NCBI GenBank assembly: GCA_965242865.1
Contig: CBDETK010000013.1
Coordinates: 2,016,001-2,080,000 of the forward strand
DNA: 64,000 nt
Direction: 5' to 3'
Source of the DNA: Candidatus Latescibacterota bacterium
Lineage (GTDB): Bacteria; Latescibacterota; UBA2968; UBA8231
Position 1 is the stretch's first letter, and each line of letters begins with the position of its first letter. The notes under the pieces were generated by a model. The model was not told the DNA's origin. It searched no databases and was given only the letters and a program-made list of their open reading frames with translations. The position numbers and the translations under genes are program-made. Shown in pieces: positions 19,136 through 27,478 of the stretch.

Positions 19136-19552
19136 TTACGGGGACACTAAGATCGCCAGACGGACATTATCTATTTCAAAATATGATTCCCAACTTTCTG
19201 TAAGAGATTCTGCTGCGAATAGGATGGTCTTATACAGGTCCGCGATCATGATCCCGCTCTCGCCTTCGCCGAGGTAGAGTATCGGGACCGTAGCCGCCTG
19301 CATGACTTCTGAGGGTATATGTGTTGACATAAGCACTAAGAGATATTCTAGCGGTATGTATAAGTTATGGCCGGTGCTGAGGTTGAACTTGAGATATAGG
19401 GCTTGGAAGGTTGTTGGGGTTATCCGGTCATCCTCGATGTCGATGAAGCCGTTCACGTCATAGAGTGAAGGGGACAGTCGCCGCTCGATAATGATTCCTT
19501 GTCGCGGTGGGCCGGTTTTGCCTTGTGGGCCAGCGGGGCCTACGCAGGCCAT
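19136..19552 (-). CDS. Hypothetical protein with short collagen-like G-X-Y start; probably a lipoprotein with decayed signal peptide
   Basis: MACVGPAGPQGKTGPP; upstream hydrophobic stretch is out of frame. Confidence 0.45.
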   Translation of the reverse strand: MACVGPAGPQGKTGPPRQGIIIERRLSPSLYDVNGFIDIEDDRITPTTFQALYLKFNLSTGHNLYIPLEYLLVLMSTHIPSEVMQAATVPILYLGEGESGIMIADLYKTILFAAESLTESWESYFEIDNVRLAILVSP

Positions 19553-19764
19553 TAGTTCGGATTGCAGAAGATAGCAAGCCGAATTGCTTTTTGTCCAATG
19601 ATCGTATTGGCTGAGGCGTGTGGAGAGCGGCGCGGCTGGCGTGGCTGGTGTGATTGGTTCAGTCCGCAGGCATTGACGTGCAGCCCGGCGTGTGAGGGGG
19701 TGCGGCGGTTGTCTGATAGCGGGGCGTGTTCAGATTTATTACTATCTCCATCGGAGGACGAGCT

Positions 19765-20166
19765 ATGAGCGAGCAACGCACAGCGGGTCAAGAGCAAGAG
19801 CGCGGGCAAGGCTCCGCGACTCTTAGCAAGGAGCAAATCGAATTGATAGGCACCATCTTAGAACCCCGGTTTGATAAGGTGATTGCGGAGATGCGCCTTA
19901 TAGCCAAAGAGGAGGGGGAGAAGGTGCGCGCTTCGATGGATACGGCGGTGAAAGATTTGCGCGCCGAGATGAAGGACGATATGCGGCGGCAATCCACACT
20001 TTTTTGTTGGTTTATCGGTATTCTGGTTACTATTGGTCTGGCGGCGGGGGGTCTGGCTGTACACAAGTGGCCGCAAGCCGTTCCGGTTGCTGCGGTCGCT
20101 CCGGCCGCACCCGTTGCCCAAGTCGCGCCCGATCTGAACGAGTCTCCCGGTCTGAACGAGCCCTAA
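19765..20166 (+). CDS. Paralog of the 18530 coiled-coil/TM protein
   Basis: Shared MSEQRT, KEQIELIGT, KWPQA.PVAAVAPAAPVAQVAP and shared flanks. Confidence 0.7.
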   Translation: MSEQRTAGQEQERGQGSATLSKEQIELIGTILEPRFDKVIAEMRLIAKEEGEKVRASMDTAVKDLRAEMKDDMRRQSTLFCWFIGILVTIGLAAGGLAVHKWPQAVPVAAVAPAAPVAQVAPDLNESPGLNEP

Positions 20167-20290
20167 TACTCTCGCTGTCGTTGCATTGTTGTTGTTGGTG
20201 CAGTAAAAGCGGCGTTGCTGTTGTTCCGATGCGCGAGCCAGGGTTATACGGACATAGCGGCCTATTTGGCGTCGGTAGGAGGGTAGAGTA

Positions 20291-20400
20291 GCCTGAGTCT
20301 GCCCGTGCAAAGGGGGTGGTTAAGGCATTCCATCCTCTTGGAGGCCGGGGCTTAGGCGTTAGGGTGGCTGTTGGCGCACGGGAATGGCCGCCCTCTCTTT
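20291..20400 (+). ncRNA. Candidate structured RNA, copy 2 (inside a ~150-bp direct repeat of 16487-16636)
   Basis: Near-identical to copy 1; a C>T change in the terminator stem keeps a G-U pair. Confidence 0.55.
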
Positions 20401-20454
20401 GTGCGTTTTGTGCGTTCCCTATTCGTAAATTTCGGTAAAATTTATCTGGATTAC

Positions 20455-20567
20455 GCCTGAGCCTGCTCGTGAGACGGGGGTGTCCAACAACGCATCCTCA
20501 TTATATGGCCGAGGGCTTAGGTGGTTGGGGGCGGCTGTTGGACACGAGAACGGCCGCCCTCTTATTT
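20455..20567 (+). ncRNA. Candidate structured RNA, copy 3 (diverged, covarying)
   Basis: gcctgagcc/gggcttaggt, gggggtgt/gcatcctc, gggcggctgtt/aacggccgccc, ctcgtg/cacgag pairing; TAAAAT -10-like box at 20436. Confidence 0.55.
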
Positions 20568-20609
20568 GTGCGTTTTTTGGCAATCATTCATTCACGGAGG
20601 AGATTTAGG

Positions 20610-21902
20610 ATGCGTTTGTTTTTTTGGGTTTGGGTTTGGTTAGCGTTGTTTTCTATGCCGGCGGCTTCGTCGGCGAGTACCGCGGAGGCTCGTGCGGAGC
20701 TAGATCGTCGAGGTATTGACTACACTGAATGGGCGTTTGTTGATTCGGCAGCGGCGGGCAACTTAGCGGTCGTCAAGCTATTCGTACAGTCGGGCATGTC
20801 AGTTGAGAGTAAGGGCAGTGGAAGCGCGACGCCTCTGTATGGGGCTGCTGGGTCTGGAAATTTGGATCTGGTCAAGTATTTGGTGGGTCAAGGGGCGGAC
20901 GTGAACGCTAAGGACTTCAATGGCTTTACGGCTTTGCACGCGGCCGCTAGGTCTGGGAAATTGGAAGTAGTGGAGTATCTGGTTGAGGAGCAGGGGTTGG
21001 ACGTCAACGCTACGGACAACTTGGGCGGGACGGTTCTTCACCCGGCGGCCTTGGGCGGCTCAGTGGCGGTAGTGGAGTATTTGGTGGGTCTCGGTTTGGA
21101 CGTCGCTATGACGCGGGACGACTGGACGGCTCTGCACTTTGCGGCGTGGCATGGTCATTTGGAGGTGGTTCGGTACTTGGTTGAGGAGCAGGGGTTGGAC
21201 GTGAACGCTGAGAACAGATACGACAACACGGCTCTGCACAGGGCGGCGCAGGGCGGTTATTTGGAGGTTGTGCGGTATTTGGTGGGTCAGGGAGCAGATG
21301 TCACGGCTAGGGACAACAACGGCCGGACGCCTCGGGGCCGGGCTGCGGGGATGGGTGAAACGGATGTGGCGGCGTATTTGGCGTCGGTGGGTGAGCGCGA
21401 GAAACTTATTTCAATTCCTTCGTCTGGGGTTGGCAAGTGGGAGGTTGATCAAGAGTTAGATCCGGTCAATGACAAGCAGAACGTGTTTGCTGTGCTGCCT
21501 TCAGAGGATTTTGTCCGTGGCCGTTCAGGCGCACTCCTTGGAATAACCTGCGATGGCGGGGAAGTCTTTGAGGTGCAAATTTTGCCTCAAGGGGTGAAGG
21601 TAGCGTATGAGTCTGATGCTTCCAGCGATGTTATTTGGCGGTTTGATAAACTCAAAGCGGTTTCAAAAAAGTGGGTGGTCTCTAAGGATCGAGAGACGCT
21701 TTACCCGATGTCAAAATACTCGCGGAAGCTGGCGGAGGTGCGGGTGCAACAAATCCGATGGGCGCAGAATCTTCTGGTTCGTTCCCAGCTCTTTGTTCGC
21801 ATAAAAGATTCGGAAGGCAAACGGGGCGCGGGCGATTTTGTGTTTGATCTGCGTGGTTCTGCGAAGGCGGTCGATCTGGTGCTAGGTGCTTGCGGTTGGT
21901 AG
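20610..21902 (+). CDS. Secreted ankyrin-repeat protein fused to a C-terminal VasI/TagO-like domain
   Basis: Signal peptide, multiple ankyrin repeats, then W.V...DPVND...ITC...WRFD...W..S.D...FDLRG...ACGW. Confidence 0.8.
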   Translation: MRLFFWVWVWLALFSMPAASSASTAEARAELDRRGIDYTEWAFVDSAAAGNLAVVKLFVQSGMSVESKGSGSATPLYGAAGSGNLDLVKYLVGQGADVNAKDFNGFTALHAAARSGKLEVVEYLVEEQGLDVNATDNLGGTVLHPAALGGSVAVVEYLVGLGLDVAMTRDDWTALHFAAWHGHLEVVRYLVEEQGLDVNAENRYDNTALHRAAQGGYLEVVRYLVGQGADVTARDNNGRTPRGRAAGMGETDVAAYLASVGEREKLISIPSSGVGKWEVDQELDPVNDKQNVFAVLPSEDFVRGRSGALLGITCDGGEVFEVQILPQGVKVAYESDASSDVIWRFDKLKAVSKKWVVSKDRETLYPMSKYSRKLAEVRVQQIRWAQNLLVRSQLFVRIKDSEGKRGAGDFVFDLRGSAKAVDLVLGACGW

Positions 21903-21939
21903 GATCGTGGCGGGTAGGCTTGTTCGCTCAAATCGCAAG

Positions 21940-21975
21940 AAGTCGTCACTCGATTGGATCGGGTGTCGGCTTTTT
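21940..21975 (+). terminator. Intrinsic terminator (paralog of 18397)
   Basis: agtcgtcactcgat/atcgggtgtcggct plus T run. Confidence 0.6.
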
Positions 21976-22118
21976 GTTTTTAGGTGCTGTGAGCGTAAAA
22001 ATCGTTTACTTGGCGCATAGTGGGTTTATCGGGTGCTCGACTAGGCGCATTGTGGTTTTTGTGCGGATTGTGCATTTTTTGGCACTCATTCACTCATTCA
22101 CTCACGTAGGAGGATAGG

Positions 22119-22529
22119 ATGCGCTTATTGGATAGTAACGACGGCTTGACGGCTCTGCACACGGCGGCGTTGTTCGGGCAACTGGGGATGGTCAAGTCTT
22201 TGGTTGAGGAGCAGGGGTTGGACGTGAACGCTAAGAACCACAACGGCCAGACGGCTCTGCACTGGGCGGCGGCGGGCGGTAGTCTGGAGGTGGTGCGGTA
22301 TTTGGTGAGTCAGAGGGCGGACGTGAACGCTATGGCGGCCGTTGTCGCTACGGCTCTGCACGCGGCGGCGATTTTTGGTCATTTGGGGGTCGTCAAGTAT
22401 CTGGTTGAGGAGCAGGGGGCGGACGTAAACGCTAAGAGCATATTATGGGCCTTGACGGCGCGGGACTTGGCGGTGAAGAATGGTCATACGAAGATAGTGG
22501 AGTATTTGGATTCTCATGGCAGAAATTAA
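22119..22529 (+). CDS. Ankyrin-repeat protein without signal peptide
   Basis: GLTALH, GQTALHWAAAGG, TALHAAA repeats; SD ggagga. Confidence 0.85.
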   Translation: MRLLDSNDGLTALHTAALFGQLGMVKSLVEEQGLDVNAKNHNGQTALHWAAAGGSLEVVRYLVSQRADVNAMAAVVATALHAAAIFGHLGVVKYLVEEQGADVNAKSILWALTARDLAVKNGHTKIVEYLDSHGRN

Positions 22530-22839
22530 GCGTTTTGCGGTGTGCATGGTCTGCGGTCGGTCTTGCATCGTCGAGGGGCAGGGCGAGCCTGTCTGCGGCG
22601 AGGAGCATAGGCAGCTATACACGCGAGCGGTTGGAACGCTTGCGAAGTGGCGGTCTCGGCTACGGAAAGCAGAAATGGAGCTGGCGCGGTTGGAGGGGGC
22701 TGGTGACTCGGCGGCGGTGTTGCAAGCGGAGTTCCGGGTTTTGAATCTTCGGCATCGTATCGAGTTGTGGCCGCGGCCGTACTGGCAGCCCCGGGGCAAG
22801 GTTTCGCGGCCGGGGGCGGATGGATGGCAAGCGGCTTAA
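22516..22839 (+). CDS. Hypothetical protein with CxxC...C..EH putative zinc site and coiled coil
   Basis: CMVCGR...VCGEEH; overlaps end of ankyrin gene. Confidence 0.45.
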   Translation: MAEIKRFAVCMVCGRSCIVEGQGEPVCGEEHRQLYTRAVGTLAKWRSRLRKAEMELARLEGAGDSAAVLQAEFRVLNLRHRIELWPRPYWQPRGKVSRPGADGWQAA

Positions 22840-23134
22840 ATGGGCAGTGCTTTCGTCTTTTTTTAGGTCTTATACTACCGATAACCTTGATTATAGGGAC
22901 TACCCCTTGGCGGCACTTTTCGTCATCCTCTCGTCCCGCCCGCCGTAAGCGGCAAACACGGCTTCAAGCAAGAGCACGGCTTGGCCAAAGTAGCGGCCCC
23001 GACGCCACGCCGATTTCGCGCTCAAAGGCCACGCCGCGCACCTCTACGGTCTTGAGCGCACCGCTCGTTAGTATGAGATGTAGGGGTGCTTCCTGAAGAT
23101 GCCTTTTAGACAGGCCCCAGGGCTAGCTGGCATC

Positions 23135-24262
23135 CTAACGGCCTATCGGCAGCATCATTTGCGGGACTTCGCCGACCGTGCAGTCCGCGGATAACAATTC
23201 ATCGACCATGCCGTTTGGTTTCTCGTTGTACTGAGTCACCAGCGTCGTGCCGGCGCCCTCGTCGTCAATTCCCGTAACCTCGTTTAACAACAAGTCCTGT
23301 TCCTGAGCCGTCATTACCGGAAATCCGTAGTGGCGGTTTGCGTATTTTAACGGGCCGCTCTCGGCTGTGCGCGCAGCCGCCCACTCTTCGTGCCGAGCCA
23401 GCCGAGCGCGGTTGTACTTGTTGGCAACCGGAGGCGTGGAGCACAGCAAGTTTTGCGCGACCGTCACCAACGCCTCGTCAATCTCCATGCCGACAGAATT
23501 TCTTCCCGCTGTTAGGGCGGCCGCCAGCGTCGTTCCCGTTCCCGCAAACGGATCGAGCACCACATCTTCCTTGACGGAAAACATACAGATGAGCCGGTAG
23601 GCCAACTCAAAAGGAAAGGCCGCGCTGCGCTCGCGGGTCGGCGCATCCACAAGCCCTTGCGAAGTTCCCTTTACGTCTAACCACACGTCCGAGAACCACA
23701 CGTTGCGCTCCTCCCAGAAGAAGGCACTCTCGCGGCGGTTGGCTTTCTCAGCGGCCGTTGTGAATGTTCGCCGCCGCCCTTTTCTAAGGACGAGAATGTA
23801 CTCGTGCTCGTAGGTTATGTATGCTCCTACGGGCAGCATCCCAGACCCCATGAATTTGTTGGGAGCGTTGGTCTGCTTGCGCCAGAGTATATCGGGCAAA
23901 GCGGCAAAACCTTTGTCGAGAAAATAGCTGAGGATGCGGGAGTGATTGGAATAGAGCTGGAAATCGCCATCTATGGTGCGGGTGGCGTCGCCAATGTTGA
24001 TACAGGCAATGGCCCCCGGCTTCATCACGCGGCTGCACTCCATCCACACTTCATCGAGCAGCTCGTGCATGAGCGCGAAAGCAGCCCGTCCATTGCCGCC
24101 CGCCAGTTGCTCCCCAATGCGACCGTCTTGGAACGCGAAAATCTCGTCCCACATTTCCACCATCGGATAAGGCGGCGAGGTGACGATCAAATCGACCGAC
24201 TCATCTGCGATTCCCGCCATGGACTGGGCCGGGCCGCATATCAACTTAGCGGTGGTCTGCAT
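23135..24262 (-). CDS. Orphan beta-class DNA methyltransferase (probably N4-cytosine)
   Basis: DLIVTSPPY, LDPFAGTGTT; no cognate REase adjacent. Confidence 0.85.
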   Translation of the reverse strand: MQTTAKLICGPAQSMAGIADESVDLIVTSPPYPMVEMWDEIFAFQDGRIGEQLAGGNGRAAFALMHELLDEVWMECSRVMKPGAIACINIGDATRTIDGDFQLYSNHSRILSYFLDKGFAALPDILWRKQTNAPNKFMGSGMLPVGAYITYEHEYILVLRKGRRRTFTTAAEKANRRESAFFWEERNVWFSDVWLDVKGTSQGLVDAPTRERSAAFPFELAYRLICMFSVKEDVVLDPFAGTGTTLAAALTAGRNSVGMEIDEALVTVAQNLLCSTPPVANKYNRARLARHEEWAAARTAESGPLKYANRHYGFPVMTAQEQDLLLNEVTGIDDEGAGTTLVTQYNEKPNGMVDELLSADCTVGEVPQMMLPIGR

Positions 24263-24310
24263 TGGTTCTATCTTTCTGTCTGTAATGCTGAGTGTACTCC
24301 GTTCTGACGC

Positions 24311-24455
24311 TTAGAAGCTGTCTTGAAAACACCCATCTTGGGGCGTGTTGGACAAGCAGTGGAGCCGGTCGTTTCCCTCCCGCGAAAGAACGTCACCCCG
24401 TGCCCCGACACGGGGCGAGCATCCAGTCAAACACCGTCTTTAGGACAGTTTCTAA
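24311..24455. mobile_element. Putative MITE
   Basis: Imperfect terminal inverted repeats ttagaagctgtcttgaaa / tttaggacagtttctaa; internal hairpin ccccgtg..cacgggg and degenerate cccgcgaaag...atccagtc. Confidence 0.5.
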
Positions 24456-24491
24456 AAAAATAAGGCGATGAGCTAGCCAAGCCCATCGCCT
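24454..24491 (-). terminator. Intrinsic terminator of the 24530 gene
   Basis: Minus strand aggcgatgggct/agctcatcgcct followed by T run. Confidence 0.7.
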
Positions 24492-24529
24492 GTACATCTA
24501 AACCGAATGCCGAGTCGAGCCAGCAGGAC

Positions 24530-25435
24530 CTAGTGGTTGAACTCGGTCTTGATGCGGCCCCAAGTGCTCGATTCAACGGAGGTGGTGGGAGCGGCGCCCC
24601 AGTCGATGGCGTCGTCGAGCTCGTTCATCACCATGTCGTTGTCGGCGCGGCAGCAGCCATTGGGCGAAATTGACCAGAAGCCCTGATAGTCTTCGAGGGC
24701 GGCTCCGCCGGGAATGTCGAAGTCGCCGAAGGTCCAGCTAATGGCGATGATCTGGCCTTCTTCGAGGTCGGTCTCTTCGGCCGCCTCGCGGTCGCCATCG
24801 TCGGGAATGAAGTCGAAGGGGCGAATCCACGCCTCGTAGAAATACGTGCTCTCCCCGAACTCTTCGCCTTCAAACGTGTACGCGAACTTCCAAGCGTCGT
24901 TGTTGTCCGGGTCGAGGACCCAGTCAAACGGAGGGTTGTACCCGCCCCACGCGCCGGCTGTCGGCGGCATGGACCAGTTGTACCCCACCTTGAGGATGCC
25001 TCCTTCCGATCCGGGGGCATGACCACCGCCACCCTCGACCTCGGGGTGAGTCGGCGACACATAGACTTCCCAAGCGTCGTCGGACCACCACGCATTCGGC
25101 TCTTCGGCGTCGCGGGTGTGGATGTTGTCGAAGACCTCGGCCATGAAGTAGAGCAGGTTGGTATTGTCGTTCCAGCCGACAATTTGCCGCACGCTCAGGT
25201 CGCTCACGTCGATCTCGCCGCGCGCCTTGCTGTACACCGAGTCCGAATACTTGTCGTTGCCGACTTCGTACGGGATTTGGGGCACGGCCGCCCAATCGGC
25301 GTGGTCGCCGTCGATGACCGGGATGTTTTCGTCGGGGAACTGCACCGCGAAAAGGAGTTCGCCGGGCGGAAAGTGAGCCAGAGCCGGTAGCGCGACCACC
25401 GCGGCAAGTAGGGCACTTACTAGCATTTTGTGCAT
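24530..25435 (-). CDS. Secreted CBM9/DOMON-like protein with C-terminal TWGRIK motif
   Basis: Signal peptide ending ALA; PVIDGD..DW, GW....LYF...V.D, D..EV; ends TSVESSTWGRIKTEFNH. Confidence 0.7.
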   Translation of the reverse strand: MHKMLVSALLAAVVALPALAHFPPGELLFAVQFPDENIPVIDGDHADWAAVPQIPYEVGNDKYSDSVYSKARGEIDVSDLSVRQIVGWNDNTNLLYFMAEVFDNIHTRDAEEPNAWWSDDAWEVYVSPTHPEVEGGGGHAPGSEGGILKVGYNWSMPPTAGAWGGYNPPFDWVLDPDNNDAWKFAYTFEGEEFGESTYFYEAWIRPFDFIPDDGDREAAEETDLEEGQIIAISWTFGDFDIPGGAALEDYQGFWSISPNGCCRADNDMVMNELDDAIDWGAAPTTSVESSTWGRIKTEFNH

Positions 25436-25484
25436 CGCCATCTCCTTGATAAGTTGGCGTGAATAAGGGTGTATGTCGCGCCTC

Positions 25485-25513
25485 AAGGTACTCCCAACAA
25501 CATGCAAAGTCAA
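25485..25513 (-). promoter_or_regulatory. sigma-70 promoter
   Basis: Minus strand TTGACT-N17-TACCTT. Confidence 0.55.
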
Positions 25514-25586
25514 GCATCTTTTTCCCCGTACCGCCGCGCTCGCCGCCGCTGTTGTCTAAGTAGGTAATTCCTTGTTATCAAAGGCT

Positions 25587-27320
25587 TTACCTACTCTCGT
25601 CCAAAGCCCGGCGAATGCGTGCGGCCTCGCGGTGCGCTGGGTCGAGGCGCAGCAAGGTCGTCCACGCCGCGGCCATTTCCGCCCAGCGCTGCTGACCGCG
25701 GTACAGCTCGCCCAAGCGGTAATGCGCCTTAGCGGCCTTGGGGTCGAGTGCCACCAGCGCGGTGTAGTGCCGGATGGCGTCCGCTGAGCGGCCGACGCGC
25801 TCGTAGGCGCGGCCGACATTGTAGTAGGTCTTCAGATGATGTGGAGCTAGACGCAACACCGCGCCATAGTGCTGTATAGCCTCCTCGTAGCGACCGGCTT
25901 TCTGGTAAGTCAGGCCGAGATTGAAACGCGCTTCAACGTGCGTGGGATGCAGGGCCAGCGCGGTCTCAAAGGACGCGATGGCCGCTTCGTAGCGTTGCGC
26001 CGCCCGGTGCAGTACGCCGAGGTTGAAGTGTGCTCGCAGCCGGGTCGGCTGAATGGCCACCGCTCGCTGATAGTGATGGAGCGCGCGAGCGTATTGCCCT
26101 TGGCTGTAGTACGCAAACGCTAAATTGTCGTGGGCGCGGGCGTTGTCTGGATAGTGCTGCAAGACGGCGGCAAACAAGCGAGCGTCGCTGTGCCAGTCGC
26201 GGTTGCGGGCGATGGTACGCACACTGCCCAGCAGGACCGCGCCCAGCATCACCGCCCCAACGAGGCGGTGCCGGCCCGGGCTTTTCCGCAGGCACCACTG
26301 CCCAGCCCACCCACAGGTCAGGGCCACCGGGATCATGGCGAGGTGCAAATAGCGCTCGGCCATGCCGCTGGGCGCGAGGAAGAGCAAATTGGCCACCGGC
26401 AGCAGGCACACACCAAAGAACGCGCTGGCAAACGCGAGAAAGTGCGAGCGCACCACCCAAGGCAGCGCGACCAACGCGGCACCCAAGCCTAAGCCAGCGA
26501 TAAACCACAAGTCCCAAGGCGACGTCACCGGCGGGATGGACGCATGCGAATAATCCGCCGACAGGTGCAGGGGCGCGGCGATCAGCAGCAAATAGCGCGG
26601 CAGAATGGCCACCGCCGTGCCGAACCGCTGCCACGGGCCGAGGTCGGCCAAAAAATTGGTCGAAACCGGCCCGGCCGGGGCATCGGCCAACGCCAGCCAA
26701 CGCACAGCCAAGACGCCCAGCAGGGCCGCCCCGTAGCCCCAGTGCCGCTTGCTCCAAGCCGCCAACCCTTCCCGCGAGTCCGCCCAAACCAGCGCGGCCG
26801 GCAACACCATGGCCGTCTCCTTTGACAGGCAGGCCCCCGCGTACAGCACATAGGCGAGCGGGTGCCGCTGGCGATGGGCTAGAAACGCACTCAAGAACAA
26901 CAGGCTGGCCAGCAAGTCGCCCCGCGCCGAGACCCAAGCCACCACTTCGGTCTGGAGGGGATGGCTCGCGTACAGCAAGGCGGCCCACAGCGCGGCGCGT
27001 TCTTGGCCGAGCAGGTCGCGGGCCAATGCGTACAGGAGCAGGCTATTGACCGCATGCAATAGGACGTTGGTTAGGTGATAGCCCCAAGGTGCTTCCCCGA
27101 AGAGCTGGAAATCGAGCCCCAGTGAGAGCAAGGTGAGAGGCCGATACCACGCCAGCCCCATCCAGCTCGCGCCAAAAAGCTCGCCGAGGGCCAGCGTGCG
27201 CACCGCGTCGCTGGCGAGGTACGCCGAGTCGTCGAACACAAAGCCGTTGCCCAGCGTATTGGCGTAACACGCCAGGGCTAGGGCCGCTATGTACATGGGG
27301 GGCGAGGTCGGGAGCCGCAT
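25587..27320 (-). CDS. TMTC-like GT-C membrane glycosyltransferase with TPR repeats
   Basis: FVFDD, YRPL, YH.TNVLLH, HPLQTEVVAW.SAR.D, SKE, LSADY, AERYL, RNRDW, C-terminal TPRs. Confidence 0.85.
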   Translation of the reverse strand: MRLPTSPPMYIAALALACYANTLGNGFVFDDSAYLASDAVRTLALGELFGASWMGLAWYRPLTLLSLGLDFQLFGEAPWGYHLTNVLLHAVNSLLLYALARDLLGQERAALWAALLYASHPLQTEVVAWVSARGDLLASLLFLSAFLAHRQRHPLAYVLYAGACLSKETAMVLPAALVWADSREGLAAWSKRHWGYGAALLGVLAVRWLALADAPAGPVSTNFLADLGPWQRFGTAVAILPRYLLLIAAPLHLSADYSHASIPPVTSPWDLWFIAGLGLGAALVALPWVVRSHFLAFASAFFGVCLLPVANLLFLAPSGMAERYLHLAMIPVALTCGWAGQWCLRKSPGRHRLVGAVMLGAVLLGSVRTIARNRDWHSDARLFAAVLQHYPDNARAHDNLAFAYYSQGQYARALHHYQRAVAIQPTRLRAHFNLGVLHRAAQRYEAAIASFETALALHPTHVEARFNLGLTYQKAGRYEEAIQHYGAVLRLAPHHLKTYYNVGRAYERVGRSADAIRHYTALVALDPKAAKAHYRLGELYRGQQRWAEMAAAWTTLLRLDPAHREAARIRRALDESR

Positions 27321-27478
27321 GAGGGCATTTCTCGAGGAAGCAACTAAGTTATGGGCTTGACTGAACGTATTATCGGGCACGATCTTTCAGAAAATCCGCG
27401 CTCCCTTACAAAAATGGTTTCTCGCCATCGGCTTGCGAGTCAATGCCAAAAAGAGCTTATCGTGCGATCTGCAAACAG

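Noticed and set aside
16487-20567. CRISPR array or integron attC array from the repeated intergenic elements
   Set aside because: Repeats are over 100 bp, only 2-3 copies and irregularly spaced; no cas or intI gene, and no RYYYAAC/GTTRRRY boxes noticed.
22960-23070. LysR substrate-binding C-terminal remnant on the minus strand (SGALKTVEVRGVAFEREIGV)
   Set aside because: Too short to support without a search.
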